Below are positions 11,532-26,600 of a DNA stretch of 64,000 bases, in pieces. The stretch comes from the human T2T-CHM13v2.0 reference genome, Homo sapiens, in assembly GCF_009914755.1 (NCBI RefSeq), contig NC_060944.1; one strand, written 5' to 3'. Positions within the stretch are counted from its first letter, which is position 1. The number at the start of each line of letters is the position of its first letter. Both the position numbers and the translations under genes were made by a program. Below the pieces are notes generated by a model. That model saw only the letters and a program-made list of their open reading frames with translations. It did not search any database and had not been told where the DNA came from.

Positions 11532-14500
11532 CATTCTCAGAAACTTATTTGTGATGTGTTTGCTCAACTAACAGGATTGAACCATCGTTTTGAAGGAGCA
11601 GTTTTGAAACACTGTTTTCGTGGAATCTGCAAGTGGATATTTGGCTAGCTTTGAGGATTTCGTTGGAAACGGGATTACATATAAAAAGGAGACAGCAGCA
11701 TTCTCAGAAACTTCTTTGTGATGTCTGCATTCAATTCACAGAGTTGAGCATTCCCTTTCATAGAGCAGGTTGGAAACACTCTTTTTGTAGTATCTGGATG
11801 AGGACATTTGGAGCGCTTTCAGGCGTATGGTGAAAAAGGAAATATCTTCCCGTAAAAACTAGACAGAAGCATTCTCAGAAGTTTATTTGTGATGTGTGCC
11901 CTCAACTAACAGAGTTGAACCTTTCTTTTGATAGAGCAGTTTTGAAACACTCTTTTTGTAAAATCTGCAAGAGGATATTTGGATAGCTTTGAGGATTTCG
12001 TTGCAAACGGGAATGGCTTCATATAAACTCTAGACAGAAGCATTCTCAGAAACTTCGTTGGGATGTTTCGATTGAAGTCCCAGTGTTGAACATTCCCTTT
12101 TATAGAGCAGGTTGGAAACACTCTTTCTGCATTCCCTGGAAGTGGACATTTGGAGCGCTTTCAGGACGACGGTGAAAATGGAAATATCTTCCAAGAAAAT
12201 CTAGATAGAAGCAACGTCAGAAACTTTTATGTGATGGATCTACTCAGCTAACAGAGTTGAACCTTTCTTTTGAGAGAGCAGTTTTGCAACACTCTTTTTG
12301 TGGAATATGCAAGTGGATATTAGGGCAGCTTTGAGGATTTCGTTGGAAACGGGAATACATGTAAAAAGCAGACAGCAGCATTCTCAGAAACTTCTTTGTG
12401 ATGTTTGCATTGAAGTCACAGAGTTGAACATTCCCTTTGAGAGAGCAGGTTTGAAACACGCCTTTTGTCATATCTGGAAGTGTCCATTCGGAGCGCATTC
12501 AGGCTTGTGTTGAAAAAGGAAATATCCTCCCATAAAAACTAGACAGAAGCATTCTCAGAAACTTATCTGTGATGTATGTACTCAACTAACAGAACTAAAC
12601 CATCGTTTTGAAGGAGCAGTTTTGAAACACTCTTTTTGCGGAATCTGCAAGTGGATATTTGGCTAGCTGGGAGGATTTCGTTGGAAACGGGAGTACATAC
12701 AAAAAGCAGACAGCAGCATTCTCAGAAACTTCTTTGTGATGTTTGCATTCAAGTCACAGAGTTGAACATTCCCTTTCATAGAGCAGGTTTGAAACACTCT
12801 TTTTGTAGTATCTGGATGTGGACATTTGGATCGCTTTCAGGCCTATGGTGAAAAAGGAAATATCTTCCCATGAAAACTAGACAGAAGCATTCTCAGAAAC
12901 TTATTTGTGATGTGTGCCCTCAACTGACAGTGTTGAACCTTTGTTTTGATAGAGCAGTTCTGAAACACACTTTTTGTAAAATCTGCAAGAGGATATTTGG
13001 ATAGCTTTGAGGATTTCGTTGGAAACGGGAATGTCTTCATGTAAACTCTAGACAGAAGCATTCTCAGAAACTGCTTTGGGATGTTTCAATTGAAGTCCCA
13101 GTGTTGAACATTCCCTTTCATAGAGCAGGTTTGAAACACTCTTTTTGTACTATCTGGAAGTGGACATTTGGAGCGCTTTCAGGTCTACGGTGAAAAAGGA
13201 GATATCTTCCAATAAAAACTAGATAGAAGCAATGTCAGAACTTTTTTCATGATGTATCTACTCAGCAAACAGAGTTGAACCTTTCTTTTGAGAGAGCAGT
13301 TTTGAAACACTCTTTCTGTGGAATATGCAAGTGGGTATTAGGCCAGCTTGGAGGATTTCGTTGGAAACGGGAATACGTATAAAAAGCAGACAGCAGCATT
13401 GTCAGAAACTACTTTGTGATGTTTGCATTCAAGTCACAGAATTGAACACTCCCTTTCACAGAGCAGGTTTGAAACACTCTTTTTGTAGTGTCTGTAAGTG
13501 AACATTTGGATTGCTTTCAGGCCTAAGGTGAAAAAGGAAATATCTTCCCATAAAAACTAGACAGAAGCATTCTCAGAAACTTGTTTGTGATGTGTGCCCT
13601 CTACTGACAGAGTTGAAACTTTCTTTGCAAAGAGCAGTTTTGAAACACTCTTTTTGTAGAATCTGCAAGAGGATATTTGGATAGCTTTGAGGATTTCTTG
13701 GGAAACGGGAATGTCTTCAGATAAACTCTAGACAGAAGCATTCTCAGAAACTTCTTTGGGATGTTTCAATTGAAGTCACAGTGTTGTACATTCCCTTTCA
13801 CAGAGCAGGTTTGAAACACTCTTTTTGTAGTGTCTATAAGTGAACATTTGGCGTGCTTTCAGGCCTAACGTGAAAAAGGAAATATCTTCCCATAAAAACT
13901 AGACAGAAGCATTCTCAGAAACTTGTTCTTGATGTGTGCCCTCTACTGACAGAGTTGAACCTTTCTTTGCAAAGAGCAGTTTTGAAACAATCTTTTTGTA
14001 GAATCTGCAAGAGGATATTTGGATAGCTTTGAGGATTTCTTGGGAAACGGGAATGTCTTCAGATAAACTCTAGACAGAAGCATTCTCAGAAACTTCTTTG
14101 GGATGTTTCAATTGAAGTCACAGTGTTGAACATTCCCTTTCACAGAGCAGGTTTGAAACACTCTTTTTGTAGTGTCTATAAGTGAACATTTGGCGTGCTT
14201 TCAGGCCTAACGTGAAAAAGGAAATATCTTCCCATAAAAACTAGACAGAAGCATTCTCAGAAACTTGTTCTTGATGTGTCCCCTCTACTGACAGAGTTGA
14301 ACCTTTCTTTGCAAAGAGCAGCTTTGAAACACTCTTTTTGTAGAATCTGCAAGAGGATATTTGGATAGCTTGGAGGATTTCGTTGGAAACGGGTATGTCT
14401 TCAGATAAACTCTAGACAGAAGCATTCTCAGAAACTTCTTTGGGATGTTGCATTCAAGTCACAGAGTAGAACATTCCCATTCATAGAGCAGATTTGAAAC

Positions 14501-14592
14501 ACTCTTTTTGTAGTATCTGGAAGTGGACATTTGGAGCGCTTTCAGGCCTATGTTGAAAAAGGAAATATCTTCCCATAAAAACTAGACGGAAG
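11532..14592 (+). repeat. 18-monomer HOR variant (3,061 bp), copy 2
   Basis: Marker spacing 11633 to 14694 = 3,061, with the same duplicated dimer and the same private SNVs as copy 1. Confidence 0.95.
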
Positions 14593-17500
14593 CATTCTCA
14601 GAAACTTATTTGTGATGTGTTTGCTCAACTAACAGGATTGAACCATCGTTTTGAAGGAGCAGTTTTGAAACACTGTTTTCGTGGAATCTGCAAGTGGATA
14701 TTTGGCTAGCTTTGAGGATTTCGTTGGAAACGGGATTACGTATAAAAAGGAGACAGCAGCATTCTCAGAAACTTCTTTGTGATGTCTGCATTCAATTCAC
14801 AGAGTTGAGCATTCCCTTTCATAGAGCAGGTTGGAAACACTCTTTTTGTAGTATCTGGATGAGGACATTTGGAGCGCTTTCAGGCGTATGGTGAAAAAGG
14901 AAATATCTTCCCGTAAAAACTAGACAGAAGCATTCTCAGAAGTTTATTTGTGATGTGTGCCCTCAACTAACAGAGTTGAACCTTTCTTTTGATAGAGCAG
15001 TTTTGAAACACTCTTTTTGTAAAATCTGCAAGAGGATATTTGGATAGCTTTGAGGATTTCGTTGCAAACGGGAATGGCTTCATATAAACTCTAGACAGAA
15101 GCATTCTCAGAAACTTCGTTGGGATGTTTCGATTGAAGTCCCAGTGTTGAACATTCCCTTTTATAGAGCAGGTTGGAAACACTCTTTCTGCATTCCCTGG
15201 AAGTGGACATTTGGAGCGCTTTCAGGACGACGGTGAAAATGGAAATATCTTCCAAGAAAATCTAGATAGAAGCAACGTCAGAAACTTTTATGTGATGGAT
15301 CTACTCAGCTAACAGAGTTGAACCTTTCTTTTGAGAGAGCAGTTTTGCAACACTCTTTTTGTGGAATATGCAAGTGGATATTAGGGCAGCTTTGAGGATT
15401 TCGTTGGAAACGGGAATACATGTAAAAAGCAGACAGCAGCATTCTCAGAAACTTCTTTGTGATGTTTGCATTGAAGTCACAGAGTTGAACATTCCCTTTG
15501 AGAGAGCAGGTTTGAAACACGCCTTTTGTCATATCTGGAAGTGTCCATTCGGAGCGCATTCAGGCTTGTGTTGAAAAAGGAAATATCCTCCCATAAAAAC
15601 TAGACAGAAGCATTCTCAGAAACTTATCTGTGATGTATGTACTCAACTAACAGAACTAAACCATCGTTTTGAAGGAGCAGTTTTGAAACACTCTTTTTGC
15701 GGAATCTGCAAGTGGATATTTGGCTAGCTGGGAGGATTTCGTTGGAAACGGGAGTACATACAAAAAGCAGACAGCAGCATTCTCAGAAACTTCTTTGTGA
15801 TGTTTGCATTCAAGTCACAGAGTTGAACATTCCCTTTCATAGAGCAGGTTTGAAACACTCTTTTTGTAGTATCTGGATGTGGACATTTGGATCGCTTTCA
15901 GGCCTATGGTGAAAAAGGAAATATCTTCCCATGAAAACTAGACAGAAGCATTCTCAGAAACTTATTTGTGATGTGTGCCCTCAACTGACAGTGTTGAACC
16001 TTTGTTTTGATAGAGCAGTTCTGAAACACACTTTTTGTAAAATCTGCAAGAGGATATTTGGATAGCTTTGAGGATTTCGTTGGAAACGGGAATGTCTTCA
16101 TGTAAACTCTAGACAGAAGCATTCTCAGAAACTGCTTTGGGATGTTTCAATTGAAGTCCCAGTGTTGAACATTCCCTTTCATAGAGCAGGTTTGAAACAC
16201 TCTTTTTGTACTATCTGGAAGTGGACATTTGGAGCGCTTTCAGGTCTACGGTGAAAAAGGAGATATCTTCCAATAAAAACTAGATAGAAGCAATGTCAGA
16301 ACTTTTTTCATGATGTATCTACTCAGCAAACAGAGTTGAACCTTTCTTTTGAGAGAGCAGTTTTGAAACACTCTTTCTGTGGAATATGCAAGTGGGTATT
16401 AGGCCAGCTTGGAGGATTTCGTTGGAAACGGGAATACGTATAAAAAGCAGACAGCAGCATTGTCAGAAACTACTTTGTGATGTTTGCATTCAAGTCACAG
16501 AATTGAACACTCCCTTTCACAGAGCAGGTTTGAAACACTCTTTTTGTAGTGTCTGTAAGTGAACATTTGGATTGCTTTCAGGCCTAAGGTGAAAAAGGAA
16601 ATATCTTCCCATAAAAACTAGACAGAAGCATTCTCAGAAACTTGTTTGTGATGTGTGCCCTCTACTGACAGAGTTGAAACTTTCTTTGCAAAGAGCAGTT
16701 TTGAAACACTCTTTTTGTAGAATCTGCAAGAGGATATTTGGATAGCTTTGAGGATTTCTTGGGAAACGGGAATGTCTTCAGATAAACTCTAGACAGAAGC
16801 ATTCTCAGAAACTTCTTTGGGATGTTTCAATTGAAGTCACAGTGTTGTACATTCCCTTTCACAGAGCAGGTTTGAAACACTCTTTTTGTAGTGTCTATAA
16901 GTGAACATTTGGCGTGCTTTCAGGCCTAACGTGAAAAAGGAAATATCTTCCCATAAAAACTAGACAGAAGCATTCTCAGAAACTTGTTCTTGATGTGTGC
17001 CCTCTACTGACAGAGTTGAACCTTTCTTTGCAAAGAGCAGTTTTGAAACAATCTTTTTGTAGAATCTGCAAGAGGATATTTGGATAGCTTTGAGGATTTC
17101 TTGGGAAACGGGAATGTCTTCAGATAAACTCTAGACAGAAGCATTCTCAGAAACTTCTTTGGGATGTTTCAATTGAAGTCACAGTGTTGAACATTCCCTT
17201 TCACAGAGCAGGTTTGAAACACTCTTTTTGTAGTGTCTATAAGTGAACATTTGGCGTGCTTTCAGGCCTAACGTGAAAAAGGAAATATCTTCCCATAAAA
17301 ACTAGACAGAAGCATTCTCAGAAACTTGTTCTTGATGTGTCCCCTCTACTGACAGAGTTGAACCTTTCTTTGCAAAGAGCAGCTTTGAAACACTCTTTTT
17401 GTAGAATCTGCAAGAGGATATTTGGATAGCTTGGAGGATTTCGTTGGAAACGGGTATGTCTTCAGATAAACTCTAGACAGAAGCATTCTCAGAAACTTCT

Positions 17501-17653
17501 TTGGGATGTTGCATTCAAGTCACAGAGTAGAACATTCCCATTCATAGAGCAGATTTGAAACACTCTTTTTGTAGTATCTGGAAGTGGACATTTGGAGCGC
17601 TTTCAGGCCTATGTTGAAAAAGGAAATATCTTCCCATAAAAACTAGACGGAAG
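14593..17653 (+). repeat. 18-monomer HOR variant (3,061 bp), copy 3
   Basis: Marker spacing 14694 to 17755 = 3,061. It lies in tandem with copy 2 and carries the same private SNVs. Confidence 0.95.
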
Positions 17654-20600
17654 CATTCTCAGAAACTTATTTGTGATGTGTTTGCTCAACTAACAGGATT
17701 GAACCATCGTTTTGAAGGAGCAGTTTTGAAACACTGTTTTCGTGGAATCTGCAAGTGGATATTTGGCTAGCTTTGAGGATTTCGTTGGAAACGGGATTAC
17801 GTATAAAAAGGAGACAGCAGCATTCTCAGAAACTTCTTTGTGATGTCTGCATTCAATTCACAGAGTTGAGCATTCCCTTTCATAGAGCAGGTTGGAAACA
17901 CTCTTTTTGTAGTATCTGGATGAGGACATTTGGAGCGCTTTCAGGCGTATGGTGAAAAAGGAAATATCTTCCCGTAAAAACTAGACAGAAGCATTCTCAG
18001 AAGTTTATTTGTGATGTGTGCCCTCAACTAACAGAGTTGAACCTTTCTTTTGATAGAGCAGTTTTGAAACACTCTTTTTGTAAAATCTGCAAGAGGATAT
18101 TTGGATAGCTTTGAGGATTTCGTTGCAAACGGGAATGGCTTCATATAAACTCTAGACAGAAGCATTCTCAGAAACTTCGTTGGGATGTTTCGATTGAAGT
18201 CCCAGTGTTGAACATTCCCTTTTATAGAGCAGGTTGGAAACACTCTTTCTGCATTCCCTGGAAGTGGACATTTGGAGCGCTTTCAGGACGACGGTGAAAA
18301 TGGAAATATCTTCCAAGAAAATCTAGATAGAAGCAACGTCAGAAACTTTTATGTGATGGATCTACTCAGCTAACAGAGTTGAACCTTTCTTTTGAGAGAG
18401 CAGTTTTGCAACACTCTTTTTGTGGAATATGCAAGTGGATATTAGGGCAGCTTTGAGGATTTCGTTGGAAACGGGAATACATGTAAAAAGCAGACAGCAG
18501 CATTCTCAGAAACTTCTTTGTGATGTTTGCATTGAAGTCACAGAGTTGAACATTCCCTTTGAGAGAGCAGGTTTGAAACACGCCTTTTGTCATATCTGGA
18601 AGTGTCCATTCGGAGCGCATTCAGGCTTGTGTTGAAAAAGGAAATATCCTCCCATAAAAACTAGACAGAAGCATTCTCAGAAACTTATCTGTGATGTATG
18701 TACTCAACTAACAGAACTAAACCATCGTTTTGAAGGAGCAGTTTTGAAACACTCTTTTTGCGGAATCTGCAAGTGGATATTTGGCTAGCTGGGAGGATTT
18801 CGTTGGAAACGGGAGTACATACAAAAAGCAGAGAGCAGCATTCTCAGAAACTTCTTTGTGATGTTTGCATTCAAGTCACAGAGTTGAACATTCCCTTTCA
18901 TAGAGCAGGTTTGAAACACTCTTTTTGTAGTATCTGGATGTGGACATTTGGATCGCTTTCAGGCCTATGGTGAAAAAGGAAATATCTTCCCATGAAAACT
19001 AGACAGAAGCATTCTCAGAAACTTATTTGTGATGTGTGCCCTCAACTGACAGTGTTGAACCTTTGTTTTGATAGAGCAGTTCTGAAACACACTTTTTGTA
19101 AAATCTGCAAGAGGATATTTGGATAGCTTTGAGGATTTCGTTGGAAACGGGAATGTCTTCATGTAAACTCTGGACAGAAGCATTCTCAGAAACTGCTTTG
19201 GGATGTTTCAATTGAAGTCCCAGTGTTGAACATTCCCTTTCATAGAGCAGGTTTGAAACACTCTTTTTGTACTATCTGGAAGTGGACATTTGGAGCGCTT
19301 TCAGGTCTACGGTGAAAAAGGAGATATCTTCCAATAAAAACTAGATAGAAGCAATGTCAGAACTTTTTTCATGATGTATCTACTCAGCAAACAGAGTTGA
19401 ACCTTTCTTTTGAGAGAGCAGTTTTGAAACACTCTTTTTGTGGAATATGCAAGTGGGTATTAGGCCAGCTTGGAGGATTTCGTTGGAAACGGGAATACGT
19501 ATAAAAAGCAGACAGCAGCATTGTCAGAAACTACTTTGTGATGTTTGCATTCAAGTCACAGAATTGAACACTCCCTTTCACAGAGCAGGTTTGAAACACT
19601 CTTTTTGTAGTGTCTGTAAGTGAACATTTGGATTGCTTTCAGGCCTAAGGTGAAAAAGGAAATATCTTCCCATAAAAACTAGACAGAAGCATTCTCAGAA
19701 ACTTGTTTGTGATGTGTGCCCTCTACTGACAGAGTTGAACCTTTCTTTGCAAAGAGCAGTTTTGAAACACTCTTTTTGTAGAATCTGCAAGAGGATATTT
19801 GGATAGCTTTGAGGATTTCTTGGGAAACGGGAATGTCTTCAGATAAACTCTAGACAGAAGCATTCTCAGAAACTTCTTTGGGATGTTTCAATTGAAGTCA
19901 CAGTGTTGAACATTCCCTTTCACAGAGCAGGTTTGAAACACTCTTTTTGTAGTGTCTATAAGTGAACATTTGGCGTGCTTTCAGGCCTAACGTGAAAAAG
20001 GAAATATCTTCCCATAAAAACTAGACAGAAGCATTCTCAGAAACTTGTTCTTGATGTGTCCCCTCTACTGACAGAGTTGAACCTTTCTTTGCAAAGAGCA
20101 GCTTTGAAACACTCTTTTTGTAGAATCTGCAAGAGGATATTTGGATAGCTTGGAGGATTTCGTTGGAAACGGGTATGTCTTCAGATAAACTCTAGACAGA
20201 AGCATTCTCAGAAACTTCTTTGGGATGTTGCATTCAAGTCACAGAGTAGAACATTCCCATTCATAGAGCAGATTTGAAACACTCTTTTTGTAGTATCTGG
20301 AAGTGGACATTTGGAGCGCTTTCAGGCCTATGTTGAAAAAGGAAATATCTTCCCATAAAAACTAGACGGAAGCATTCTCAGAAACTTATTTGTGATGTGT
20401 TTGCTCAACTAACAGGATTGAACCATCGTTTTGAAGGAGCAGTTTTGAAACACTGTTTTCGTGGAATCTGCAAGTGGATATTTGGCTAGCTTTGAGGATT
20501 TCGTTGGAAACGGGATTACATATAAAAAGGAGACAGCAGCATTCTCAGAAACTTCTTTGTGATGTCTGCATTCAATTCACAGAGTTGAGCATTCCCTTTC

Positions 20601-23600
20601 ATAGAGCAGGTTGGAAACACTCTTTTTGTAGTATCTGGATGAGGACATTTGGAGCGCTTTCAGGCGTATGGTGAAAAAGGAAATATCTTCCCGTAAAAAC
20701 TAGACAGAAGCATTCTCAGAAGTTTATTTGTGATGTGTGCCCTCAACTAACAGAGTTGAACCTTTCTTTTGATAGAGCAGTTTTGAAACACTCTTTTTGT
20801 AAAATCTGCAAGAGGATATTTGGATAGCTTTGAGGATTTCGTTGCAAACGGGAATGGCTTCATATAAACTCTAGACAGAAGCATTCTCAGAAACTTCGTT
20901 GGGATGTTTCGATTGAAGTCCCAGTGTTGAACATTCCCTTTTATAGAGCAGGTTGGAAACACTCTTTCTGCATTCCCTGGAAGTGGACATTTGGAGCGCT
21001 TTCAGGACGACGGTGAAAATGGAAATATCTTCCAAGAAAATCTAGATAGAAGCAACGTCAGAAACTTTTATGTGATGGATCTACTCAGCTAACAGAGTTG
21101 AACCTTTCTTTTGAGAGAGCAGTTTTGCAACACTCTTTTTGTGGAATATGCAAGTGGATATTAGGGCAGCTTTGAGGATTTCGTTGGAAACGGGAATACA
21201 TGTAAAAAGCAGACAGCAGCATTCTCAGAAACTTCTTTGTGATGTTTGCATTGAAGTCACAGAGTTGAACATTCCCTTTGAGAGAGCAGGTTTGAAACAC
21301 GCCTTTTGTCATATCTGGAAGTGTCCATTCGGAGCGCATTCAGGCTTGTGTTGAAAAAGGAAATATCCTCCCATAAAAACTAGACAGAAGCATTCTCAGA
21401 AACTTATCTGTGATGTATGTACTCAACTAACAGAACTAAACCATCGTTTTGAAGGAGCAGTTTTGAAACACTCTTTTTGCGGAATCTGCAAGTGGATATT
21501 TGGCTAGCTGGGAGGATTTCGTTGGAAACGGGATTACATACAAAAAGCAGACAGCAGCATTCTCAGAAACTTCTTTGTGATGTTTGCATTCAAGTCACAG
21601 AGTTGAACATTCCCTTTCATAGAGCAGGTTTGAAACACTCTTTTTGTAGTATCTGGATGTGGACATTTGGATCGCTTTCAGGCCTATGGTGAAAAAGGAA
21701 ATATCTTCCCATGAAAACTAGACAGAAGCATTCTCAGAAACTTATTTGTGATGTGTGCCCTCAACTGACAGTGTTGAACCTTTGTTTTGATAGAGCAGTT
21801 CTGAAACACACTTTTTGTAAAATCTGCAAGAGGATATTTGGATAGCTTTGAGGATTTCGTTGGAAACGGGAATGTCTTCATGTAAACTCTAGACAGAAGC
21901 ATTCTCAGAAACTGCTTTGGGATGTTTCAATTGAAGTCCCAGTGTTGAACATTCCCTTTCATAGAGCAGGTTTGAAACACTCTTTTTGTACTATCTGGAA
22001 GTGGACATTTGGAGCGCTTTCAGGTCTACGGTGAAAAAGGAGATATCTTCCAATAAAAACTAGATAGAAGCAATGTCAGAACTTTTTTCATGATGTATCT
22101 ACTCAGCAAACAGAGTTGAACCTTTCTTTTGAGAGAGCAGTTTTGAAACACTCTTTTTGTGGAATATGCAAGTGGGTATTAGGCCAGCTTGGAGGATTTC
22201 GTTGGAAACGGGAATACGTATAAAAAGCAGACAGCAGCATTGTCAGAAACTACTTTGTGATGTTTGCATTCAAGTCACAGAATTGAACACTCCCTTTCAC
22301 AGAGCAGGTTTGAAACACTCTTTTTGTAGTGTCTGTAAGTGAACATTTGGATTGCTTTCAGGCCTAAGGTGAAAAAGGAAATATCTTCCCATAAAAACTA
22401 GACAGAAGCATTCTCAGAAACTTGTTTGTGATGTGTGCCCTCTACTGACAGAGTTGAACCTTTCTTTGCAAAGAGCAGTTTTGAAACACTCTTTTTGTAG
22501 AATCTGCAAGAGGATATTTGGATAGCTTTGAGGATTTCTTGGGAAACGGGAATGTCTTCAGATAAACTCTAGACAGAAGCATTCTCAGAAACTTCTTTGG
22601 GATGTTTCAATTGAAGTCACAGTGTTGAACATTCCCTTTCACAGAGCAGGTTTGAAACACTCTTTTTGTAGTGTCTATAAGTGAACATTTGGCGTGCTTT
22701 CAGGCCTAACGTGAAAAAGGAAATATCTTCCCATAAAAACTAGACAGAAGCATTCTCAGAAACTTGTTCTTGATGTGTCCCCTCTACTGACAGAGTTGAA
22801 CCTTTCTTTGCAAAGAGCAGCTTTGAAACACTCTTTTTGTAGAATCTGCAAGAGGATATTTGGATAGCTTGGAGGATTTCGTTGGAAACGGGTATGTCTT
22901 CAGATAAACTCTAGACAGAAGCATTCTCAGAAACTTCTTTGGGATGTTGCATTCAAGTCACAGAGTAGAACATTCCCATTCATAGAGCAGATTTGAAACA
23001 CTCTTTTTGTAGTATCTGGAAGTGGACATTTGGAGCGCTTTCAGGCCTATGTTGAAAAAGGAAATATCTTCCCATAAAAACTAGACGGAAGCATTCTCAG
23101 AAACTTATTTGTGATGTGTTTGCTCAACTAACAGGATTGAACCATCGTTTTGAAGGAGCAGTTTTGAAACACTGTTTTCGTGGAATCTGCAAGTGGATAT
23201 TTGGCTAGCTTTGAGGATTTCGTTGGAAACGGGATTACATATAAAAAGGAGACAGCAGCATTCTCAGAAACTTCTTTGTGATGTCTGCATTCAATTCACA
23301 GAGTTGAGCATTCCCTTTCATAGAGCAGGTTGGAAACACTCTTTTTGTAGTATCTGGATGAGGACATTTGGAGCGCTTTCAGGCGTATGGTGAAAAAGGA
23401 AATATCTTCCCGTAAAAACTAGACAGAAGCATTCTCAGAAGTTTATTTGTGATGTGTGCCCTCAACTAACAGAGTTGAACCTTTCTTTTGATAGAGCAGT
23501 TTTGAAACACTCTTTTTGTAAAATCTGCAAGAGGATATTTGGATAGCTTTGAGGATTTCGTTGCAAACGGGAATGGCTTCATATAAACTCTAGACAGAAG

Positions 23601-26600
23601 CATTCTCAGAAACTTCGTTGGGATGTTTCGATTGAAGTCCCAGTGTTGAACATTCCCTTTTATAGAGCAGGTTGGAAACACTCTTTCTGCATTCCCTGGA
23701 AGTGGACATTTGGAGCGCTTTCAGGACGACGGTGAAAATGGAAATATCTTCCAAGAAAATCTAGATAGAAGCAACGTCAGAAACTTTTATGTGATGGATC
23801 TACTCAGCTAACAGAGTTGAACCTTTCTTTTGAGAGAGCAGTTTTGCAACACTCTTTTTGTGGAATATGCAAGTGGATATTAGGGCAGCTTTGAGGATTT
23901 CGTTGGAAACGGGAATACATGTAAAAAGCAGACAGCAGCATTCTCAGAAACTTCTTTGTGATGTTTGCATTGAAGTCACAGAGTTGAACATTCCCTTTGA
24001 GAGAGCAGGTTTGAAACACGCCTTTTGTCATATCTGGAAGTGTCCATTCGGAGCGCATTCAGGCTTGTGTTGAAAAAGGAAATATCCTCCCATAAAAACT
24101 AGACAGAAGCATTCTCAGAAACTTATCTGTGATGTATGTACTCAACTAACAGAACTAAACCATCGTTTTGAAGGAGCAGTTTTGAAACACTCTTTTTGCG
24201 GAATCTGCAAGTGGATATTTGGCTAGCTGGGAGGATTTCGTTGGAAACGGGAGTACATACAAAAAGCAGACAGCAGCATTCTCAGAAACTTCTTTGTGAT
24301 GTTTGCATTCAAGTCACAGAGTTGAACATTCCCTTTCATAGAGCAGGTTTGAAACACTCTTTTTGTAGTATCTGGATGTGGACATTTGGATCGCTTTCAG
24401 GCCTATGGTGAAAAAGGAAATATCTTCCCATGAAAACTAGACAGAAGCATTCTCAGAAACTTATTTGTGATGTGTGCCCTCAACTGACAGTGTTGAACCT
24501 TTGTTTTGATAGAGCAGTTCTGAAACACACTTTTTGTAAAATCTGCAAGAGGATATTTGGATAGCTTTGAGGATTTCGTTGGAAACGGGAATGTCTTCAT
24601 GTAAACTCTGGACAGAAGCATTCTCAGAAACTGCTTTGGGATGTTTCAATTGAAGTCCCAGTGTTGAACATTCCCTTTCATAGAGCAGGTTTGAAACACT
24701 CTTTTTGTACTATCTGGAAGTGGACATTTGGAGCGCTTTCAGGTCTACGGTGAAAAAGGAGATATCTTCCAATAAAAACTAGATAGAAGCAATGTCAGAA
24801 CTTTTTTCATGATGTATCTACTCAGCAAACAGAGTTGAACCTTTCTTTTGAGAGAGCAGTTTTGAAACACTCTTTCTGTGGAATATGCAAGTGGGTATTA
24901 GGCCAGCTTGGAGGATTTCGTTGGAAACGGGAATACGTATAAAAAGCAGACAGCAGCATTGTCAGAAACTACTTTGTGATGTTTGCATTCAAGTCACAGA
25001 ATTGAACACTCCCTTTCACAGAGCAGGTTTGAAACACTCTTTTTGTAGTGTCTGTAAGTGAACATTTGGATTGCTTTCAGGCCTAAGGTGAAAAAGGAAA
25101 TATCTTCCCATAAAAACTAGACAGAAGCATTCTCAGAAACTTGTTTGTGATGTGTGCCCTCTACTGACAGAGTTGAACCTTTCTTTGCAAAGAGCAGTTT
25201 TGAAACACTCTTTTTGTAGAATCTGCAAGAGGATATTTGGATAGCTTTGAGGATTTCTTGGGAAACGGGAATGTCTTCAGATAAACTCTAGACAGAAGCA
25301 TTCTCAGAAACTTCTTTGGGATGTTTCAATTGAAGTCACAGTGTTGAACATTCCCTTTCACAGAGCAGGTTTGAAACACTCTTTTTGTAGTGTCTATAAG
25401 TGAACATTTGGCGTGCTTTCAGGCCTAACGTGAAAAAGGAAATATCTTCCCATAAAAACTAGACAGAAGCATTCTCAGAAACTTGTTCTTGATGTGTCCC
25501 CTCTACTGACAGAGTTGAACCTTTCTTTGCAAAGAGCAGCTTTGAAACACTCTTTTTGTAGAATCTGCAAGAGGATATTTGGATAGCTTGGAGGATTTCG
25601 TTGGAAACGGGTATGTCTTCAGATAAACTCTAGACAGAAGCATTCTCAGAAACTTCTTTGGGATGTTGCATTCAAGTCACAGAGTAGAACATTCCCATTC
25701 ATAGAGCAGATTTGAAACACTCTTTTTGTAGTATCTGGAAGTGGACATTTGGAGCGCTTTCAGGCCTATGTTGAAAAAGGAAATATCTTCCCATAAAAAC
25801 TAGACGGAAGCATTCTCAGAAACTTATTTGTGATGTGTTTGCTCAACTAACAGGATTGAACCATCGTTTTGAAGGAGCAGTTTTGAAACACTGTTTTCGT
25901 GGAATCTGCAAGTGGATATTTGGCTAGCTTTGAGGATTTCGTTGGAAACGGGATTACGTATAAAAAGGAGACAGCAGCATTCTCAGAAACTTCTTTGTGA
26001 TGTCTGCATTCAATTCACAGAGTTGAGCATTCCCTTTCATAGAGCAGGTTGGAAACACTCTTTTTGTAGTATCTGGATGAGGACATTTGGAGCGCTTTCA
26101 GGCGTATGGTGAAAAAGGAAATATCTTCCCGTAAAAACTAGACAGAAGCATTCTCAGAAGTTTATTTGTGATGTGTGCCCTCAACTAACAGAGTTGAACC
26201 TTTCTTTTGATAGAGCAGTTTTGAAACACTCTTTTTGTAAAATCTGCAAGAGGATATTTGGATAGCTTTGAGGATTTCGTTGCAAACGGGAATGGCTTCA
26301 TATAAACTCTAGACAGAAGCATTCTCAGAAACTTCGTTGGGATGTTTCGATTGAAGTCCCAGTGTTGAACATTCCCTTTTATAGAGCAGGTTGGAAACAC
26401 TCTTTCTGCATTCCCTGGAAGTGGACATTTGGAGCGCTTTCAGGACGACGGTGAAAATGGAAATATCTTCCAAGAAAATCTAGATAGAAGCAACGTCAGA
26501 AACTTTTATGTGATGGATCTACTCAGCTAACAGAGTTGAACCTTTCTTTTGAGAGAGCAGTTTTGCAACACTCTTTTTGTGGAATATGCAAGTGGATATT

